Shown: piece after piece, positions 56,155-64,000 of the stretch
Layout of the letters: every line of letters begins with the position of its first letter
Position numbering within the stretch: position 1 is the stretch's first letter
Origin: Eledone cirrhosa
Taxonomy: Eukaryota
Assembly: GCA_964016885.1 (NCBI GenBank)
Contig: OZ024742.1
Coordinates: 325,934,001 to 325,998,000, forward strand
Direction: 5' to 3'
Length of the DNA stretch: 64,000 nt
Translations under genes and position numbers: made by a program
Notes under the pieces: generated by a model
What the model was told of the DNA's origin: nothing
What the model saw: the letters and a program-made list of their open reading frames with translations, nothing else
Databases searched by the model: none

Positions 56155-56337
56155 TTATTTCTACTTTAGGCACAAGGCCAGCAACTACCCAGTGCCTCAC
56201 TGGTACTTTATTTTATCGACCCCGTAAGGATGAAAGGCAAAGTCAACCTCGGCGGGATTTGAACTTAGATCGTAAAGGGACGTAACTATGCTGGAAAGCA
56301 TGGCGTCCGACCCTCTACCGATACTACCAATCCACCG
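56155..56337 (-). mobile_element. Family S SINE
   Basis: Full-length match. Confidence 0.9.
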
Positions 56338-56689
56338 GCTTCAACTCGATCTTGCATAATGCAATCGCATGATACTTTAGCTGGAGCATCACGCACGTAA
56401 CTTTAGAGTCCTACTAACGACATGCCTACGACCAGGAATGCCATGCATCTCATAAAACTTTACCTATAAAGAGATTCCTGTGCTTGAATCTTTTTTTTAA
56501 GTGAGGAAAGGCTTTACACGCGGTCAATCTTACTGTCTGAATATCGAATGCATTTACCTCGAAAGTAGAACTGTTCTATATCATTGGATGCAAACGAAAG
56601 GTACTTCATTTACATACAAAAAATACATACATGCATACATACATACATACATACATACATACATACATACATACATACATACATACAAT

Positions 56690-57530
56690 TTACCGAACAC
56701 AGGGAACGAAAACAATTTACCAAGAACAGGAATTCATCGCAAAATACCTGATTCACAAAAGAGATAGATATGCAGTCAAAACACCTAGATGTGAGAACAA
56801 GCGCTGACTCTGCATCGAAGATGTCACCCATGTCATAAGCGATGTATGTCATTACGGTACTATCTTCCTCTGAGGCATGATGAAATGGCCTCAACACTGT
56901 ACAATGCAATCCGTAGAAAAGATAGCCCTGACAATAAATACATTAAAAGCTACAGCAATGTGGAAGACATATACATACTATGAAAGAGTGCAATGTTCCA
57001 ATAAAAACCCCAATAAAATACAGGCATAACAGACCAGATATGATATGGGACAGGGAAAAGAAGGCATGCACGTTAGTGTAAGTTAGCTGCCCAGCAGATG
57101 CCAATATGATATTAAAGATTAGCGAATATCTATGCGGAACTAATGAGAAATCTACTGATACTCCACCCTGACTATACCTTCAGATTTATGCCTGTGTTTA
57201 TTAGGGCGTTGGGATATGGATATGTTTGTAACAGCCTCAGTACAAATCTTGAGATGCTGGGCTTCACAGGAACAGAAAAAACACGACTACTCTAATAACT
57301 ACATAAACACTTGTACAGATACAAAGCATATGTACATGCACACATATAACTCATAACACACATCCACACATACAACATCATCCATACCTGCACACGCATG
57401 CATGCAGACATCATACATATTTACTTAGTTGATATTGTGTAAATTCCAATGAAAGAGTATTGTCTCTATGTTAGAAACCTACCCTCTCTCTCTATTGGCA
57501 AAAATTTGTGAAATTATAAAACCAGAAGAT
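56690..57530 (+). mobile_element. RLE-type (R4/Dong-like) non-LTR retrotransposon 3' part, frameshifted
   Basis: QEQEFIAKYL, LCIEDVTHVIS (CCHC remnant), YYLPLRHDEMA, HNRPD..WDREKK..VSCPADAN, FRFMPVFIRALGY; flanked both sides by (CATA)n. Confidence 0.8.
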
Positions 57531-58213
57531 CATACATACATACATAGGGATTATTGCCACGAGGCAATGAAAAAACTATTACTTTCTTAATTTCTTTATC
57601 TCTTGTCTCTCGTCCTTCCCTATTTCTTGCTTCATATAATTATTTCTATTTTTATTACGTACACATTTTTCCTGATAATGTATTGCATATTCTCTATTTA
57701 TTATTCAAATCGTTGTTCATACTAGCATTAGTTCATTCTTCATATATTGGATTTCATGATTTGAAAAAAACCTCTACCATGTGGTCAATATGTTTTCTCT
57801 TTTTATTTCTTCGACTTTGATCTATTAGATTATACATACGTACATAAATACATACATACATAAATACATACACACATAGATACATACACACATAGATACA
57901 TACAACATAAATACATACACAACATAAATAAATACACACATAATACATTATACAAACATAAATACATACACACACATAAATACATACGAGTATACACATA
58001 AATACATACATACAAACTTACATAAATATATTCACACATATATATACTACATATATACATACATACTTACATATATACATATATATACATACATAAACGA
58101 ATAAATATAAACTTTCATACATATATAGATTAATATATTCATACAATTATTTATTTATATATTATGTATGAGATGACAAATGTTCACATTAAAATGGTAT
58201 TATTCAATATCGA

Positions 58214-58300
58214 ACATTACATATGTTTCGCAGATAATCGGTTCGAGATTGTAATCGATATGATACACCTAAATCTAATATCGATCTGTTTATCAGACGT
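58214..58300 (-). ncRNA. Hammerhead-like motif (CTGATAA core)
   Basis: ACGT-CTGATAA-ACAGAT...ATCTGC-GAAAC-ATAT-GTA-ATGT. Confidence 0.6.
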
Positions 58301-58562
58301 GTCGCTTTAAAACATTTTGATTTGTAACATTCTGTATCGACTAAAAACATGATAAAATTAAACTTCTTTAACTTATACATTACATATTCACACTTCTGTT
58401 TAGAATCATACATCACACAGATATCACGAGAAGCATACACTTTCTTTGGAATCGCCATGTTCAAGTAATTGCATTGAGTGCTCATACTCTTTCGCCCTAC
58501 AGTAATCAACAAACATTACTATATACTCTATGTACATATATACATGTGTGTATATATATATG

Positions 58563-58841
58563 TACAACCTGTCTCATGGTCGGGTCGTTGGCGACTAAAC
58601 TGGCAACCCCACCAAGGTTTCTTGGTGACGAAGGTGACTTTGGATATCCTGCAAGACTAAAAACAAAACATGTCAAAGGGCAAAGGAGCTCTTAAGAGTC
58701 AATGGCCATCCAAAATCACCGGGAGAGATGACCCCTTAGCCTTTGTCAAGGCAGAATTCTAGGAGAGAGAAAACTCTGATATAACACCTGCAACCCTGAT
58801 GGTATCCAATGATGTTGACTTGTTCTTCTTTTTGGCAGCCA

Positions 58842-58844
<3 letters not shown>
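58563..58844 (+). mobile_element. Bipartite RTE derivative, internally deleted
   Basis: 5' part joined directly to terminal GGCAGCCACCAT. Confidence 0.8.
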
Positions 58845-58919
<75 letters not shown>

Positions 58920-58927
58920 TATATATT

Positions 58928-58987
<60 letters not shown>

Positions 58988-59076
58988 ATTCAATACATTA
59001 ATACATATATACATGCATAAATAAACACATACATAGGTACACAAATACATGCATATATACATACGTACGTCCATGC

Positions 59077-59683
59077 ATGGTGGCTGCCAACTCGTTTTCG
59101 AGTACGGCCACTACTTTATATCCATGTAGGAGAACCCCTACCGATGCGCTGAACGAGTGTGCCTTTTTATTCCAGCCAGCGACTTGAAAACTCTGGTACA
59201 AACACTACACCTGTGACAATTATTGACACATAGTGCTGGGCCCATGGTACCATGTGACATCAAGTGCAGAGAGATCTCCAGATACAAAGCAATGCCTGTG
59301 CGGTGAAGCTTTTATAGTGAGCAAAGGCACTGCACAAGCCAGTCCCACTCTCTTAACCAAGATGATATTTACCGAAAAGAAGAACAAGTAAACATCATTG
59401 GATACCATCAGGGTTGCAGGTGTTATATCAGAGTTTTCCTTCTAGAATTCTGCTTTGACAAAGGCTAAGGGGTCACCTCTCCGGGTGATTTTGGATGGCC
59501 ATTGACTCTTAAGAGCTCCTTTGCTTTTTAACAGGTTTTGTATTTAGTTCTGCAGTATGTCCAAAATTACCCTCCTCACCAAGAAACCTTGGTGGGGTTG
59601 CCAGTTTAGTCGCCAACGACCCGAACATGAGACAGGTTGTGCTGGGATACATGTTACCAGTAGCACCAACTGGTGACCTGACC
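59077..59683 (-). mobile_element. Full-length bipartite non-autonomous RTE derivative (about 600 bp)
   Basis: 5' half homologous to RTE 5' UTR 45420-45640; 3' half encodes CSVCTRVFKSLAGIKRHTRS and the RTE-like 3' tail. Confidence 0.85.
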
Positions 59684-60344
59684 ATACATACATACATACA
59701 TACATACATACATACATACATACATACATACATACATACATACATACATACAGACAGACATACATACATACATACATACATACATACATACATACATACA
59801 TACATACATACATACATACATACATACATACAAATATCCTGGAACTTTGAGAAAATATTTGTTGTATATATAGGATAAAATCGATTTGGTTGCTAATGAT
59901 ACAAACACAAACACGACTTTACACGCACTCACATGTACAGAGTTACATGTAGCAACATGGTTATATGGATTGAAACATTTACCCGCATAAACAACTTAAT
60001 TAAACATGTACATACACATAGTGGCATGTACATAAACATATTGACATAATTTGGTCATGTATTTGTGATTAAATTAGTTTACAATCTTGATGAAATATGC
60101 CGATAACTTTGTTCATAAATTATACAACACAAACAAGCTCTATGCAGACATGGCCACGTGTGTGTTTATGTGCGTGTATATGTGTGTGTTTCTTTGTATA
60201 CTTCTGTGTGTGTGTGTTTGTGTGATGTATGATTATGTGTGTATGATTATGTGTGTATGATTATGTGTGTAATTGTGTGTGTGTGTGTGAGAGAGAGACA
60301 GACAGACAGAGTGCGAGAGAGAGAGACAGACAGAGTGAGAGATG

Positions 60345-60420
<76 letters not shown>

Positions 60421-60609
60421 TATAGATAGAGAGAGAGAAAGTAACAGAGAGAGCGGGGGAAGGGTGTGGAAACTCCGTCGGTTCCGAAAACCAGCGGTAT
60501 AGTACTTTGATTAACGGAATAGACATCTATTGAAATGAATGTGCTTTTGACTGCGCCTTCCACCAAAACTTGTACCATTAATACAGTACTGAAGAAGATT
60601 CGATGTATC

Positions 60610-60740
60610 ATGGCTCACCCTTTGGATTACATGTACATCTTACGATTCGGCAGCTGATTGAATTGGAGCAACGAGACGTAAAGTGACTTGTTCGAGGAAA
60701 CATCACCCCGTTATGAATCAGAATCACGATTTTAACTTCA
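60610..60740 (-). mobile_element. Old CORE-like SINE remnant
   Basis: TGGAGCAACG..AAGTGACTTGTTCGAGGAAACA..GAATCAGAATCACGAT pattern. Confidence 0.45.
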
Positions 60741-60870
60741 AATAGGATCAAATACACGAGCCCACATACACTTATTCACATACATACACACAGTAAAGCT
60801 GTTGACTTGTATAGTGAGAAACATATATGTATACATCTAAAGACAGTGAAACACAAACATTAATATATAA

Positions 60871-61040
60871 TTGTTTCTACTTTTGGCACAAGACCAGCAA
60901 TTACCCAGTACATTACTGGTTCTTTATTTTATCGACCCCGTAAGGATGAAAGGCAAAGTTAACCTCGGCGGGATTTGAACTCAGACTGTAAAGGGACGTA
61001 ACTATGCTAGAAAGCATGGCGTCCAACCCTCTACCGATAC
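60871..61040 (-). mobile_element. Family S SINE
   Basis: Match to family; short flanking repeat ACAAACAT.AATAT. Confidence 0.9.
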
Positions 61041-62068
61041 AAACATAAATATATGATGCTGACATAAACCACGTAAATATAATTTCATTATTCCATTAAC
61101 AGAACAATAAATACAGAAAAAATAGACAAACATATATAAATGTTTCCGAGCATTTATGCATGTAGCTACAATGTATTCGCTTAGATGTAAACACAGATTT
61201 GATACAGTAGATACGTACCAAATACGAACACAAACATATACTGTATATACACACGCATTTAGTCACACACCATACACTTCATATATACTAATCTTCACAA
61301 ATACACACAACTCACAGTTTTGTAAACAATAATATATGCAAGAACCATACAATATCAAAATATATTCACAAACCATGAGTCAGATAAAAACAAATAACAC
61401 GTATATACACACGTAAAACACTGCATACATACACAACGTTATGTTACATATAGAATAACATATCACACAATATAACACACATACACGCATTAAATTATAC
61501 GTTCAAATATATATATATATCTACATAAATACATACATGCATACAAACACACATGCATCCACATATAAATAAATACACATTAACATACATCTTGTATAAT
61601 AACATGATAGATAGAGGCAATAGCGTATTATAAATCCATATAAACACACAATACAATATCACATAACATTTTTAGATAAAAAAATAATTTTAATAAAACA
61701 CACATACACACACGCGGATAACTACATCTATGTTTCACCGCACTATATAACATGTCTACACAGAGATTGAAAAATAACATATACATTTCTGCATTGACGA
61801 AAGTATAACGCAAACTTTGAAAATTTAAGAAAATACTCACGCAAAAACAACAATCTTGTACAGTCACAAAAACTGGTGCACAAACATACATTAAGATTTT
61901 TCACAGAAATACCAAAGGAATATCTTTTTCTAAAACTATACATAAATGCAACTAATGTATATTTGATAGTAGCCTACTTCATTGTCATCTGCCAAATATT
62001 TCCTTACATTTATTTATTGTCTTTCAAAGATCTTGAAATATGCAAATATTAATATACATATATTTACT

Positions 62069-62099
<31 letters not shown>

Positions 62100-62104
62100 G
62101 TGTG

Positions 62105-62144
<40 letters not shown>

Positions 62145-62148
62145 CATG

Positions 62149-62197
<49 letters not shown>

Positions 62198-62250
62198 GTG
62201 TGTGTCTGTGCGTCTCTGTGCGAGTATTTGAATTCTTATATGGAGAAATA

Positions 62251-62433
62251 ATTGTTTCTACTTTTGGCACAAGGCCAGCAATTACACAATGCACTACTGG
62301 TACTTTATTCTATCGACCCCGGAAAGATGAAAGGCAAAGTTAACCTCGGCGGGATTTGAACTCAGATCATACAGGGAGGTAACTCTATGCTTCAAAGCAT
62401 GGCATCCGATCCTCTACCGATACTGCCAATCCA
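62251..62433 (-). mobile_element. Family S SINE
   Basis: Full-length match. Confidence 0.9.
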
Positions 62434-63109
62434 CATGTTCCATATTCTTAATAAATTGGTACGAACAACAAAAAATAGTCAAAGATGTGCGCAAGACTTA
62501 CATATATTTCTACATAATGTATATATATATATAAATATGTATGCATATATATATATATATCTGCGGGGGGGGGGGGGGGCGTGTATGTTTATATACATGG
62601 TTATGCATACACTCACACACATATGAAAACACGTATAAGTACACACATATATACACATATATATGAATGTGTGTATATATATATATATATAAAATTTAAA
62701 AGAACGGAGTTAAAGACTAGCGTTAATACCCTGTAATTTAATGAGCTCAAAGAATGGAATCCGGGCTCTTTATAAGACAGCATGCATATAGAGAAAAATA
62801 CACAAAGAGGTATGTGTTCAATTATAGGAGATAGAATACCACTAGAGTGAAAAACATATTGTCTAAGAAATGGATAGAGAATACATATCAATTAAACGAA
62901 TAAATTAAAATGGACAGAACATCCTTTTATAACTATAACACCTGGACAAACTCAAATAAGAGAATGTTTCGCTGTAAAAAGTGAAGATTCCATATTGCAG
63001 AAGGCCTTATCATCACGTCGATTCGTAGACAATATGTTTTTCATTCTGTTGCTATTCTATCCCCTATACTGAACACATAGCTTTTGGTATATTTTTCATT
63101 ATATACTGA

Positions 63110-63176
<67 letters not shown>

Positions 63177-63201
63177 TCTCTCTCTCTATATATATATATA
63201 C

Positions 63202-63325
<124 letters not shown>

Positions 63326-63341
63326 ATATATATATAGATAA

Positions 63342-63412
<71 letters not shown>

Positions 63413-64000
63413 TGTTTCTTTATTAGCCACAGGGGCACAAACGAAGGGTACAAATACAAAGTAGGAAGTTTACATACAATAAAAACGTGTAAAATGTTTT
63501 CACAAGTGCAATTTAAAAAATTAGTCGATTTTCCCCAATAGGGGGAGACAGTTCATATGGGTAACACATACCCCCGAAAAAATGTGAAACCCTCATCTCC
63601 AGGAGTACGAAGAGCTTGTACTCCTTTCCTCTCCTCCTCCTTTTCCTCAAGACAGGCTGATATAGAGAGAAGGCCCATTCACTCGGGCCATTCTCGCCAC
63701 TTTCACCCACCTTTCATAAAACTTGCTGGAATACCGCACATCTCTCTCCATGCTGATTCTTCTTCCAAAGTGGTATTTGAAAAAAAGAATCAGTTGTTGG
63801 CCGGAGAGAAAGGTGTCTGACCTCAGCCCTTTCAACCTTGTCCACCATACAACCTCTTTCGCCATAGCTATCACACGAAGGAAAACCGCCTCTCCTTCGT
63901 TTTTGATCATGACAATGGACTCGGTGGTCAACCGGATTGGTCCCACCCGCGACAATAGTCGTTCTACATAGCCCCACAGGTCAGTGACGCCTGGGAAGTG
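63413..64000 (-). mobile_element. Third Tx1/L1-clade LINE 3' end (runs off window)
   Basis: AMAKEVVWWTRLKGLRSDTFLSGQ..ERWVKVARMARVNGP homologous to 1277-1627; ends CCCTGTGGCTAATAAAGAAAC plus (TATC)n. Confidence 0.88.

Noticed and set aside
59590-59683. HDV-like ribozyme at the 5' end of the RTE derivative (GG-GTCG.TTGG.CGA-CTAA-ACTGG pairing with CCAGT)
   Set aside because: P2, P4 and J4/2 look plausible, but canonical P1/P3/L3 could not be built by eye; needs a covariance search.

Overview
A 64-kb AT-rich, microsatellite-saturated eukaryotic non-coding region. The SINE families and repeat landscape most resemble an octopus/coleoid cephalopod genome (inference from recalled families, no search run). 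No host protein-coding gene could be supported; most short ORFs are (TA)n/(CA)n/(GA)n translation artefacts. Recognisable coding sequence is all retroelement-derived: three 5'-truncated Tx1/L1-clade LINEs, one Penelope-like (PLE) GIY-YIG fragment, a near-intact RTE LINE (APE-RT-3xC2H2, only two in-frame stops), two RLE-type (R4/Dong-like) fragments and an ancient CR1/Jockey-like RT trace. There are also about 14 copies of a tRNA-headed Meta-domain-like SINE and a non-autonomous Helitron. The main hidden structure is RNA-level. More than 15 type I hammerhead ribozyme (HHR) motifs were read by eye, in non-coding elements that sit in (TA)n tracts and show PLE-type tandem plus fold-back geometry. 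The best candidate for an undescribed system is a 420-nt tandem, HHR-bearing retrozyme family. It carries a conserved octamer and a TATA element, and one array is fused directly to a truncated GIY-YIG PLE. A 291-bp tRNA-headed tandem unit shows the same geometry. All coordinates and folds are manual and approximate.
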